Assembly (NCBI RefSeq): GCF_000143415.4
Contig: NW_003314268.1
Span: 511,117-575,116 of the forward strand
Origin: Selaginella moellendorffii
Lineage: Eukaryota > Plantae > Lycopodiophyta
Reading direction: 5' to 3'
Length of the DNA: 64,000 nt
Below, piece by piece: positions 38,401-50,787 of the stretch. Below the pieces are notes generated by a model, which did no database searches, was not told the DNA's origin, and worked only from the letters and a program-made list of their open reading frames with translations. Positions within the stretch are counted from its first letter, which is position 1, and each line of letters starts with the position of its first letter. A program made the translations under genes and the position numbers.

Positions 38401-39069
38401 TGAGAGCTCGTGCGCTATTGAAGGATTGGATCTTCGAACAAGTGGCCGTGGAGAGGGTGAGCATCGACACCACACAAGAGATGATGGAAGAGCTGGAGCT
38501 GTCAAATGAAGACATCGACGACTACGTGAAAGGGGCCCCCAAGTTCATCGATCTGCTGCGGGATGCCACGGAAAGTAAAGCTGAGAAGTTGGATCAGTAT
38601 CCAAATTTCATTAAGAGGGATGTCGACCGCCGGCTTCAGAAACAGCTCGACCCCGCAGCAGAGGCCTATCGAGAACCTTACTAGGTATACATGAATTCGG
38701 ATGAGGATCAAAGGTGGAGGAGCATCGTTTCCCGCGGAGATGAGCAGGTCAAGAACATCTTTTGTGTGATGGACTTCACAAACGAGGAGATCACTCATGC
38801 AGACGAAGTCAGCTCCATCATTGACTTAATGGTGGGACTTGCGGAGGTGGAATCTTCAGTCCACTATATGATCTACGACTCCGAATCCTATCACAAGTTC
38901 TGGAAGGCCTTGAACGAGGTGAAGGCTCGGTTGAAAGGCAAGGAGATGCAAGAGATCCATGGGATAATGGCTAAGAAGAAGATACCGACGAATGTCCGCA
39001 TCTTCACACTCGCCCTTGTTATTGGTCCTGCAGCAGAGTGGGACTGGAGTGACTTCCCAGCTTCATTCG

Positions 39070-42000
39070 TGTCGCGCATGTGACTTCGGGTATCGAAAGT
39101 TACCTGTCGACTAGTCCTTACGGACACTCTTACCTTACTGCCACGATGGCAGGAGGTCGGTATTGCTGGGCCTGTTATCAGTCTCCGCCTAAGCTAGTTG
39201 AGAAACTGGTCTTCGCGTGTGCACTTGACCAGATGGGCATAAGGACGGAATTCCTACGTGCTATTTGTCAAGCATACTTGACCTGGTTAGAGAAACTCAT
39301 TCGTTGACTTGCACTTGCTAGTGTTGGGAACCCCCGTGATATTGAGCTTGGTCCCTCAATATTGCTAGATGATAGCTTACCGTGTCTGCCAAACACCCTC
39401 GCTATCATGCCCTTTGTGTTGGTCTCATTTCGGTCCCAAATGCTATTTATGGGAAGTGTCCAGATTTGCTCATTTGGCATATCTACGGAATGTAGAGATC
39501 GTCCTGAACACAATGGTGTTCGTCCCATGTCCAAATTCGCAATCTAGGGACATTCCATATTTAGTAAGTTTCGAGCTTGTCCCAGAGACTAACTCCTGAT
39601 ACTAAGGGAGGCTTGGGGTGAAAGCCCAAAGCATGTGTTCCTCAAGGGGGGGGGGGCTATAGGGGGTTCCAAATGTATAGTAGGGATAGTGGGTAGGTCG
39701 GGCATGGCCGACCAACCTGAGGCATAGTCTAGCTCCCGCTTGCGTGCCTGTCTTTGTTCTGCGTCCGGCTTGGGTCTAAGCCCAAGTTCCATTCCATGCT
39801 AGTTGGTGGAGTACCCATGTCCTCGCGTTAGGCCACCGGTATGCTGAAATAGCGCCAGACTCCGTTTGGCTCCGTTTTGCGTGCTGGTCCTGGCATTGGG
39901 ATGCTGGTTACTCTAGGACTGTTCCAAGTCGCTCCGGGCTCCTGTCCCTTCGCTCCTTGGGCTTCATGCTTGGGAGTGGCTCCGTGGTTCGGTTCCGTCA
40001 CTCCTTGGCTCCATGTTTGGGAGTTTGGCACCGTTCCTTCGTTCAGTGGCCCAAGGCCCTGAACCTCGGGTTCCTGTGGACACGTGGCATGGACACGTGG
40101 CATCTGTCACGTGGCACAAGGAGGGTTTAGGTTCCGCTTCGTGGTGTTATCCTATGGTAAATCACCATAGGATAAAGGGTCAAAACCACGTGCGCTACAT
40201 TTGGTATCAGAGGATGAGTCTCAGCGAGTACTATTCAATGAGATTGGGCAACTAGTCTCGTTGCATACGCAGAGATGAAAACGATGATCCGAGTGGGTAC
40301 ACGTTTGGTGCAAAGGGTTCGCAATTGTTCCTTGGGTATGGATTTGGTTACCTTTTGTACCTAATAATGTGAGCTTGCTCTTGGGCTCATAGGATGGATT
40401 TGAGATGCTCCGTTAGCACGAGTTTACGCTTGGGCTCGTGAGTGAAGCACATTAGCAACTCGAGATTAAACTTTGGGTTGGCAGGATTAATGTTAGGCTA
40501 TCAGTGGTTCCATGAGTTGTTCCGTGTACCGTTGGTAAAAGCAAACCTTCCCTGAGTTTGCTATGAGTGGCAAATAGGTTGGTCCGTAGCTGTTTAGCAC
40601 GGCACTAGTAGATCCTTCCTAGGCATGATTACAAGTGGATCAATCAAGACTGTAGGGATTAGTCTTTTGATTCAAGTAATCATTGCCGTGCTCTCTCATA
40701 AACTTTTCTTGGATTGGACTGAAAGCAGTGCGAACGCAAGTTTGAGGTTTAGTCAAAGATGAGACCGAAAAGAGAGTTATCAGGGACGAAGGATCAAACA
40801 CGTAAATCATCTTTTCTTCTTGGAGAGATGATTTGCAACGAGGTGTGACTCATTGCTCGTGTTCACATTATGCAATCAAGAGTCCCTATCTTAATGCATG
40901 TTGGAAATGATAGTCTTACAAATGGTGAGTTGTGGGATGGATAGCGGTGAAGCACTAAACCATTTTGTCTAGGCTTGCTATGGGAAGACTTGGGTTGCAA
41001 TGCTCAATTCTTTTTCGGGGAACCTAGCTATTGCTCCTTGAGTAGCTTGGTGTTGGGTTAAGTTTTGAGTTTGATCGGATAGCGAGTGGTATGGGCTTGT
41101 CTGTGTTGTGAACAAAAGTTAGTGGTGTTGGGTGTTATAGATCTCTATCGGTAGAGTGTGGCATTTATGTTGCATTTTGTCGAATCGAGTTGACACTTGA
41201 TACTCACATAAACCTTTGAAGTAATGACATTGGCATTGCTCGTGGTGTTGCTCAATTGGTGATCAAGTCATTGTGATTTCTATATCATATCCATGTGATA
41301 ATGAACAATGTGTTTACGAAGTTGCTTGGGTAAACGATGATCAACCCCAAAGTGGTTGATGGTGAAGCTAGTCTACTTGCACGAAGTAGCATTGTAGTAG
41401 CTTTGACTGGATTCTCAATGGTGGTCCATTATGCTAAGCTTGTTTCCTTGAGAGTTGCCCATAACGTGTTGGAAGAAGGTTATAGCATTCATTTGCTATA
41501 GCTCATCAGTTGATCCGTTAGCACTTGGAGTAGATTGCTGGATGGAGAAAGTGTGTAGTTGAAACATTGACATTGCTAACACTTGTGTTAGTGGAAGTGA
41601 CATTGTTGTTTCAAGTGATGAGGATTTTCCTTAGAGCTTGATTTTCCATGTCATTTTTCTTGTTAGTGTTTTAGCTTCACATTGGATCTTGAAGGTGGTT
41701 GAAGAAGAGTGTTAGTGCAATGTGGATATCCAAAGATGTGGTCTTCGTGATCAAGCCTTGGATGTTCCATTTGCATTTTATGGATGTCGGTGTTAGATGT
41801 CGAAAGTATGGGCAAAAAGAGATGTTCGATGCTTAAGCATACTATGGGTCATGAGAATTTGTGTTGAAGTGAACCTATGTGAAGTTGTTAGTAGGAGGAA
41901 GTTGGTTGAGTCTTGAAAGTTTGCATTCTTGGACTGAGAGTTATTCTTTCTCTAGGATTGGAAGATTTTCCACAAATTTTCTTAGACTTTTCTAATGGCT

Positions 42001-45000
42001 AATCTGTTATCACTTTGCTCGAAAATCATTCCGTTTTCATAAGCCAATACAAACTAGTGAAGGGGTTGGAGTTGACTTCGGTTAGCTTAGACCTTAGTAG
42101 ATAGTTTGTATGATGCAGCCCAAAAGGGATGCTAACTTTTGGGGCTAAGGCAATTGAATTGGATAGAGTCTGGAGTTAGTGTAGAAAAGTGGCCGTTGCG
42201 CTTTTCTAAGAAAAGTGACTTTTGTGCCTTTCTTCTGTAGCGTTATGCTTAGTGGCAAATTGCACTTGGCAATTTGTTAGACTCTATGAGAGTAGTGAGC
42301 TCTCACTGATCTTGACTTGGACTTGGTGGTCCTGCGCCTTGGCTGAGGATAGTGATGTCCAACTTAGTTGTTTGAGTTTGAGATGTTAGTACCCGTACTA
42401 TAGCTTTGTTTATAAGGAGGTTGTGTATTGATATGGATCCATCATATGGTCTTCACTTTAGTTTCGACTGAGTGTTGATTATGCATAGCTAGCCTCTTCA
42501 AGGCATGCTCAGAGCTAGTGACTAAATGCATTGGTGAGCTTATCGCGGTTGAGTTGGATTTGAGTGGTCATTTAGTTCGTGCTTGTCTATGAAACTTTAT
42601 CTCGTACCTGAGGTATCACGTTCATGTTGGACAAGTGTATGACTAAATGACGTGAGTTTAGTGTTTCGATCTCGTGAAAGCAAGTTGAAAAAGTGATGGT
42701 TAGTTGCTTTGCGACTAATGATTGCTTGTAGACTTCATCGAGGATTGTTTAACACTTGCTTCGCTCGATGAAGATTTAGCACTGATGGGTTTGCTTTACC
42801 GGATGGTGTTGCGGAGGATCGTATCGTTAGACTTACATGAGTTTACCATGTTGGTATGTTGATTCTACCTCTGTCGATATCAATTGGTTGCGTTTAGTTC
42901 ATAGTGTTGGATTTCATGGAGTCTTGGACATGGTGATTCACTCCTTGAGGAAGTGTTATCTATAACTGAGTTTTGCTAAAGGATTGGTCTCGGTTACTAA
43001 CTAAAGTATCTTCGACCTTGGTTAGCTTAGTTGCTAGAGAGCTTTGAGTGGTGATTCACTCGTGCTTTCTTCTAGCTTTGTTCTAGTGTTGATGGTATTG
43101 AAGTGATGCCTTATCGTTGACATTGTTGATGTTGAAATTTTAGTGAAATGAGATGTCTCTCTGCAAGATTGATGTCGAGCTTCATTAGTTTTGATAAAGA
43201 TAGTGTTGATGATTTGGCTATGGCTTTGTGTTATTAGCATTCGTGCATTTGCTAGTTAGCAACTGTGTTGACGTTCAAATGAACTGAGTGACAAGTTTGA
43301 GTTAGTTGTGTTCTAGACGAGATTATTTAGTAAGGGTTAAGCTTTGGCTTTTCCTTGAAAAGTGATTTAGTCATGGACTATGCTAACTCTACAAGATGAA
43401 GAGTTAGTGATTGATATTGAAGATGTTAGTCCCTTGTTGGGTTTGCATTGGGATATATCAATCATTGATGATTCTTTTTGTGCTTATTATGAAGTGAGCT
43501 ACGTCTTGCTATGGATGGATTCATGGAGGATCGTTTGGTGATCACTTGTCTAACATAGCTTCGTTATGTTTAGCTTTTGGATTGATGCAGACATGCTCTT
43601 CATTAGCTTTGCATTATGAAGTTTAGCTTATGGATGTGTTGAGGAGGATATTGTGGGTTGTACCATGATTTCTTTTTTAGCATTGAATTTAGTTCATGCG
43701 AGACTCGTGATCATTGTTAGGCAAAAACTTCGCTATAGACTTCTTCGAGCTTTTGGTTCCTTGAGTTTTCATGCTTGTGGTCCATTTGTTTGAAGTTGTT
43801 AGGGAAGGCATTTTTGGCTCTTTAGCTTCAATGTTGAAGTTAGTATTTGCATATGGCAATCATTGGTGATGATTAACTATCATCTAGGATAGTTGATTAT
43901 CCTTATCAAAAAGGCTTTGCTTGATTATTGTTGATATAGAATGATTTGCCATTCTTTGAGATGGTGGATTCTTTCTTCGATGATGATTATGCATTTCTCT
44001 ATTGATAGGATGATTGATGATCTTTTATGGTAGTTAGTTGTTCTCTTTGATGGCTTGTGGCTTTTCGCAAAATCACATGTTCTTTGTGATTTGCTCTGGA
44101 TTGGTTTCTTAGGTTTGAGACATCAGTAGGATGTTGCTGACACTTGCTTCGGCAACTTGAGTTCCTTGGTATTGTTGGCTGGGATCTATTCAGATTAGCT
44201 TTTGTGATAGTTGGCAGGAATGAGTGTTTGTTGGTCTTACCACATTCATTTTCTTCTATTGATTGTTGCTCAAGTTAGTTTTGATAGATTTGGATGTTAT
44301 TTCCTTTGGGTGATACATTCGTGAGCATTTTGCTTATCAGTCAATGATACTTTGTGTTCTTTGAGTTGTCTTTCGTAAGTTGTTTGGTATTTTATCTGCA
44401 ATCTTTGATAGTTACGTTTGGTCATTGAGTTTTCTTGATAATACACTTGCTATTGAATTTTGTTGGATGGTCATTCCTATGTTTACCAATTTTGATGATC
44501 TTGGTGGTTCCTATCTACTATAATACTGGTTTATCAGATGATAACTTACTTGGAATACTTTTGTGTTCTAATCAACTTCGGGTATCGAAAGTTACCTGTC
44601 GACTAGTCCTTACGGACACTCTTACCTTACTGCCACGATGGCAGGAGGTCGGTATTGCTGGGCCTGTTATCAGTCTCCGCCTAAGCTAGTTGAGAAACTG
44701 GTCTTCGCGTGTGCACTTGACCAGATGGGCATAAGGACGGAATTCCTACGTGCTATTTGTCAAGCATACTTGACCTGGTTAGAGAAACTCATTCGTTGAC
44801 TTGCACTTGCTAGTGTTGGGAACCCCCGTGATATTGAGCTTGGTCCCTCAATATTGCTAGATGATAGCTTACCGTGTCTGCCAAACACCCTCGCTATCAT
44901 GCCCTTTGTGTTGGTCTCATTTCGGTCCCAAATGCTATTTATGGGAAGTGTCCAGATTTGCTCATTTGGCATATCTACGGAATGTAGAGATCGTCCTGAA

Positions 45001-45705
45001 CACAATGGTGTTCGTCCCATGTCCAAATTCGCAATCTAGGGACATTCCATATTTAGTAAGTTTCGAGCTTGTCCCAGAGACTAACTCCTGATACTAAGGG
45101 AGGCTTGGGGTGAAAGCCCAAAGCGTGTGTTCCTCAAGGGGGGGGGGGCTATAGGGGGTTCCAAATGTATAGTAGGGATAGTGGGTAGGTCGGGCATGGC
45201 CGACCAACCTGAGGCATAGTCTAGCTCCCGCTTGCGTGCCTGTCCTTGTTCTGCGTCCGGCTTGGGTCTAAGCCCAAGTTCCATTCCATGCTAGTTGGTG
45301 GAGTACCCATGTCCTCGCGTTAGGCCACCGGTATGCTGAAATAGCGCCAGACTCCGTTTGGCTCCGTTTTGCGTGCTGGTCCTGGCATTGGGATGCTGGT
45401 TACTCTAGGACTGTTCCAAGTCGCTCCGGGCTCCTGTCCGTTCGCTCCTTGGGCTTCATGCTTGGGAGTGGCTCCGTGGTTCGGTTCCGTCACTCCTTGG
45501 CTCCATGTTTGGGAGTTTGGCACCGTTCCTTCGTTCAGTGGCCCAAGGCCCTGAACCTCGGGTTCCCGTGGACACGTGGCATGGACACGTGGCATGTGAC
45601 ACGTGGCATCTGTCACGTGGCACAAGGAGGGTTTAGGTTCCGCTTCGTGGTGTTATCCTATGGTAAATCACCATAGGATAAAGGGTCAAAACCACATGCG
45701 CTACA
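39070..45705 (+). mobile_element. LTR retroelement family A, copy 2, nested in the cargo gene
   Basis: TG at 39070, CA at 45705. TSD ATTCG (39065-69 / 45706-10); empty site visible in copy 2 at ~58313. 5' LTR 39070-40199, iMet PBS 40202-40212, 3' LTR ~44575-45705 lacking its first ~13 bp. LTRs near-identical. Confidence 0.95.
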
Positions 45706-47924
45706 ATTCGACAAGGCCGATCGAATTGATCTGAGGGAGGTCAATTTACCCGTGCCTGAGGAACTGAAGACGGCTATGGAGCTTTCGAATCCAGAGAAAG
45801 CTCCAGGTGCAGCATGGGAAATGCTCAGCTGGGTCTTCAACGCAATAGCACCTGCTTCTGACTCCAAGGGCAAATGCGTTGTCGAGTACAACTGCAGCGG
45901 ACTATTCTTTCGAGCCGCACTACTCAAGGGTGTCCCGTGTGTTGCGGTGACAAACTCCATTGAAGAGGTGACTTCAATGAAGCATATAATTACAGTTGCC
46001 AAAGAAAAACAGTATCTTCTCTGCGAACCTGGTGAGTACGCACTTTAAGTTTAAATGTTATCTCACAAGCTCTGTATGCAGGAGCGTGGCCACCGCCAGA
46101 TGCTGAAACAGCGTTAACAGCTACTATTGGGCCGAGCTCACAACCTGCACAAGGTAAGGTCACGTGAGGCCTCACGCCATTTTGATTATAGATCGTTGTG
46201 AATATTCAGACACGAGGACTGAAAAGCGCACTGGTGGCGCGTCGAAGAAGGACAAACAGACAAGCAATAGGAAAAAAGGAGGTACAAATTATATTTGCAA
46301 TGGCGTGTGGTCTCATGCCATTCCTTGCAGGAGACACTTCTTCAAATGCAAAACAGGCAAGCACCAGCCAAGCTCAAACTGACAGTGGTCATAAAAAGCG
46401 AAAGCACGTTGGACAGTCGTCGGGATCAAAGGCGTTTGATTCGAAAAGGAAGAAGGGCAATGAAAAGATGATATGTAATACCTCGCGGTCACCACCTCCT
46501 GACTCAAATTCCTATGGCGGACTCCCCTTCCCCAATCTCAATGGAGAGGTACAATGGATGAGGGATGCTTTTCAAGTCAGGGCCACGTTTTTCTCATCTC
46601 GTCGTCTTCAAAGGGTGCAAGAACGTGCAGAAACCATGTTAAGACAGTCGGGTGAGGATACGGTCCTAGGTCACGCACTAAAACAGGCTATGGATGTCTT
46701 GTATTTTGAGATGGAGACTCGACCAGATGATTTTCCCAAGATGGTCCTGGAAGAACAAGCCATCCAGCCTGAGCAGCCTATGGAAGAAATGCAGGAGGGG
46801 GATGAGGAGCCAGAGAAAGATAATGAGCAGGAAGAGTAGAAGGACGAAGAGGAGGACAAAGAAGAGGAGGACGAAGAAGAGGAGGACGAAGAGGACTTGG
46901 ATGGTCCTCACAATGGTGACGATCACAATAACAACGACGACGATGATGACGACGATGGCCAGCCTAAGGTGGCCAAAGAGCAGCGGAGGAAGGTCATACA
47001 AGACAAACCATCAGGTAAATAATAGTACATCCATTCCTAACCTTTTACCATTTCTAACATTGTCCATGTAGGTTGCAAAGCAAATGGTAAGTAGAGATTA
47101 TTCAGTTGAATTAAGATACAAACTCTAGCCTTTAGTGTCGAGGAAGGATAGTGCCAAGCAAGGTCGAAACGTATGTCCAATCCTTCAGAATCAGCAGTGC
47201 GCCCAAGTGATATCGGTCCTAGTTCCTTAATAACAGTTGATGGTAAATACAGTATAGTCGATTCAATGTGCTAATGAGTTTGTTTTTAGTAGCCAGTAGG
47301 GAGGATACCATCTCAATCGAAGGGAGATATTTGGACATGCATATGGATCCGCCAGTGGACTCTACTTGCCTGCAAGAGTCATCAGAGCTGGTGGAGGCTA
47401 CTATCCATATCAATGCCAAGCAAGCTGACCACGCTCCACTTGATGCTGCCCATACCACTGAGTCAATCTTGTCCACGTATCCAACTGACGGTGACCAGGC
47501 GCCATTGGACCCGCATGAGGCCGCCCCAGCCGCCGAGCCGGTCGTATCCTCATTTCCAACGGACTCAACGTGTGCCCAATCGTCTGACTACGCGCCGTTG
47601 GAACCTCCCTACACCGCCCCTGCTGCCTGTTCAGTCATGTCCACTTTGCCAACGGAGGCACCAGCTGAAATGGCGTGTGATCACACGCCATCGGAACCAC
47701 CCCATGCCACTGTTGAGCCAGTTGTACCAGAGTCTACAGCTGAAATGGCATGTGCCCACACGCCATCGGATGCGATTGACCCCACATTGCAGAGGAGAGT
47801 ATTTCCGCCCTTCACGTTTCCTCGACCAAAACCCTCTGAACGACCATCGGGAGCACCATTCGCTAATATTGTAGATGGTAAAATTGACTTGTACCATTTT
47901 TTATGCTGACGCATTTCATTTCAG

Positions 47925-48787
47925 AGTCACGGCGAAAGTACTGTATCGTTTTTGATCTGAACGGTGTCCTTTTCTCCCATGAGCGTGGCTCGTCCTCGAA
48001 TGTCACTGCACCCTCCAAAGCCTGCGGTCGCAAGTTGGTCAAAAGAGACAGATTCACATTAATCACACGGGAGAAACTACGGGATCTAATAATGACCATG
48101 CGACACTTAAAACAGAGGGCCGGGTTCAATTTGCAATTGGGAGTTTGGACATCCATGATGCGCCACAATGCATTAACGTTGCTACAGATGATGCACGATC
48201 AGACGCGAGTAATATTACCATTTAACTTTCTCCTAACGCAGGAGGATTGCTTGACTATGGTCCATGTGAGGGGTAGCAAGCCCATCTTCGTCAAGCCAGA
48301 GGCTGTAGTGATGAACCGGACTGCTAGGTCAAGTGAAATCCTCATCATCGATGACTCGCCGATTAAAACTGCAGCGAACACGCACACATATGCAGTGCAC
48401 CCCATCTCTTGCAGTATGGAAACTAGGGAGAAGAAACCGTATGTTCTGGGGGACCTTGCAAAACGGCTTGGAGCGATGGTGATAGAGAACCGGCCAGTCC
48501 AGGAGGTGGCTGCAGAAATCAACCAAATGGCAGATGGAACGGTATATCAGAAGCCATTTGATCGGACAGACACCAGTCATCATTTATGGCATGTATATTG
48601 TCTAGCCAAGCACTATCCGCATCTCCATAATCTGCTCAACCGGATGGGTTCTTCGACCACTGAATATGAGCGTGGACGTATTAGAGAAGAGATGGCATTA
48701 CTATTGGGTTTAAATCCTGATAGTGTGGAGAGTGATGAAATTCCAAGATTATTGTATAGGCGTTGGAGGCAAAAAATAACAGTTTGA
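47925..48787 (+). CDS. Terminal exon encoding FCP1/NIF-like HAD phosphatase domain (DLNGV variant)
   Basis: CIVFDLNGVLF (motif I), GVWTSM (motif II), FVKPE (motif III), LIIDDSPIK (motif IV). Open in both copies. Confidence 0.75.
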
Positions 48788-49238
48788 GATGGCATGTATT
48801 TATTTAAAAATGTAACTTATTATGGCATGGGGTTCCATGCCATTGTATTAATATTAAAAGACAATTCTTTGAGAGGATTTGCATTATACTAGAAGTGTTA
48901 CAACATGTTACAACATGTTATTGGAAGTCTACGAAGTTGTTTTATTAATAAGGGGAAAGTAAATATTGAATGGGGACTTGGGCTCCACCTAGACTCGGAG
49001 CAACTGAGCCAATATTAAAAGGATGGAAAGAAATTGGACAACGATGACAAGGAGAAGAGAGAGGTGAAGCAGTGGCAGGGGGAGGAGAAGTGATTGAGTA
49101 GACATTTCCTTGTTTAAAATAAAATGGTATGTGCCTCAATGCAGTTGAATTTTGTTATATTTATATACTATATAAAGGTTTGGAAACCTTATTTTACAAG
49201 TGGGATAATGACAATTCCCACTTTAACGAAATAGAGCT

Positions 49239-49884
49239 TCCATTAAGATTCTAGCTCAAGAATTTATAATCAAGCACAAGACTTCAACACCGTACTACCC
49301 TCAAAGCAATGGTCAAACAGAGTTTACAAATAAGACATTTAAGAATATCCTTAAGAAAATCGTGAAGATAAATAAAAAAGACTGGGATGATCACATCCAC
49401 AACACTCTATAGCATATCAAACCATATATAGGGTTTCAACAAATTCGACATAAGTCGCCTAAAGCATAAAAGCTTTGACACCACTCAAGTACATCATCAC
49501 TGCAAATGGCAATATATTATGAGATCAACTAAGAAAAATCAATCAAGAGAAAACTACCAACACTAGAAAAGCTTGACAAAGAAGACTATAAATAATTTAG
49601 ACACTTGATGCCATTCAATCTTGAAAAAAAACCAACCATGATAGAAAAAAAAGACTAAAGAAAAATAAAGAAAATGATCAAGTACTCTAGTTTGGAGGAA
49701 ACATTGAGAAAATTGACTCTAAAGTAAAGTCAAGATGGGAAGGACCATTCCTCATCCAAAAATTCAAAGCTTCGGGAACAGTAGCAATCACAACACTCGA
49801 TGGCAAGCATCTCTAAATTGTTAACCTCAACAAGCTCAAGAAATACTAATTGTATGACTCAAATATCATCAACAACAACCTTGA
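49239..49884 (+). pseudogene. 646-bp spacer: degenerate Ty3/gypsy integrase fragment
   Basis: Reads HKTSTPYYPQSNGQTEFTNKTFKNILKKIV..KKDWDDHIHNTL* and SRWEGPFLIQK (GPY/F). Confidence 0.8.
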
Positions 49885-50529
49885 AGCTCTATTTCGTTAA
49901 AGTGGGATTTATTCAGTAAAATGGGACTAGGTACAAATTTTCAAGTATTTGAAAATGACGTGAAATTATATGTTTTTTGTCCAGGGGCTAGACATATCTG
50001 GGGCATGGTGACTAGCGCGGTGACTTTGTGTCCAGACTGAGTCCATCTGGTTGTATAATAAATCTCATTGTCAAGGTGAACAAGCCGAATCTAAAGCTAA
50101 AGAAGAGCGATGGCATGCGCACACACACTATTTGTTTGTTCATTGAGCGTGTGGTGAGCTTTCCAAGATGAACGTCATTCCTATTAGCCAGACATATAAC
50201 TTAATGGTGAGAACATTTAGATATTATTCAATGTTATCTTTTTCTAACGAATCTAATTGTGAAGGTGTAGCAAGAGGCATTGCTAGTCTGGAGAAGTCAT
50301 TTAACTCATTTGACCCTTAGTGTATTTTCATGAAACTATATTAAGGAATTTCTCTAGTACCTTTTTTTTACGACATAGAGGCTTGCATTTCTTTCAAAGG
50401 TGATTTAGTAAAAGGCCTGAGGGCACATGCCATTCTATTTCTCAGACCGGTATTAAGATATACTAGTGCAAAGGGAAAAAGGTATTTGGTGATCAAGTAA
50501 ATGGCATGAGGGCACACGCCATTATAAGC

Positions 50530-50787
50530 CTAAGTGCTAGTGGACACCTCCTTTTTGGTATTCTCAGCGGTACTATCATCCTTCTCCGGGTCAGTTGTTT
50601 TGCTTTGGATTGTTGTCTCTGACGTTACTGGGGCGTTCTCGATAGTTGTTAATATTGCCGTTTGTTCAGAAAAATGATCACCTGGAGTATAGTACGGGGA
50701 GTTTGGAAGACTTATATATTCTACATCTTCACCTATCTCCTTCTCCGTCTCCTTTTCTGCCTCACTTACAGATTTTGTGCTTGCCAT
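50530..50787 (-). CDS. Small acidic ORF, copy 2
   Basis: Near-identical to 31335-31592. Confidence 0.3.
   Translation of the reverse strand: MASTKSVSEAEKETEKEIGEDVEYISLPNSPYYTPGDHFSEQTAILTTIENAPVTSETTIQSKTTDPEKDDSTAENTKKEVSTST

Larger units (their letters stand above)
36598..48787 (+). pseudogene. Transposon cargo gene copy 1: ParB/Srx-like + MTase-like fold + acidic tract + FCP1/NIF-like HAD phosphatase; disrupted
   Basis: ATG|GTAAGT at 36598-36601. Predicted introns 36601-36839, 38022-38075, 46032-46081, 46154-46209, 46282-46330, 47015-47071, 47087-47128, 47243-47289 and 47878-47924 keep the frame. Stops at 37941, 38682, 46837 and 47149, plus LTR insertion 39070-45705. Confidence 0.75.
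30676..49238. mobile_element. Large TIR DNA transposon (Sola/DUF7869-like), copy 1; ~11.9 kb plus 6.6 kb nested LTR element
   Basis: Perfect 23-bp TIRs AGCTCTATTTCGTTAAAGTGGGA (30676-30698; inverse 49216-49238) enclose a transposase and a divergent cargo gene. Collinear with copy 2. Confidence 0.88.

Noticed and set aside
49239-49884. Spacer as part of the transposon or a giant target-site duplication
   Set aside because: Lies outside the TIRs, is absent left of copy 1 and is a gypsy integrase fragment; better explained by recombination
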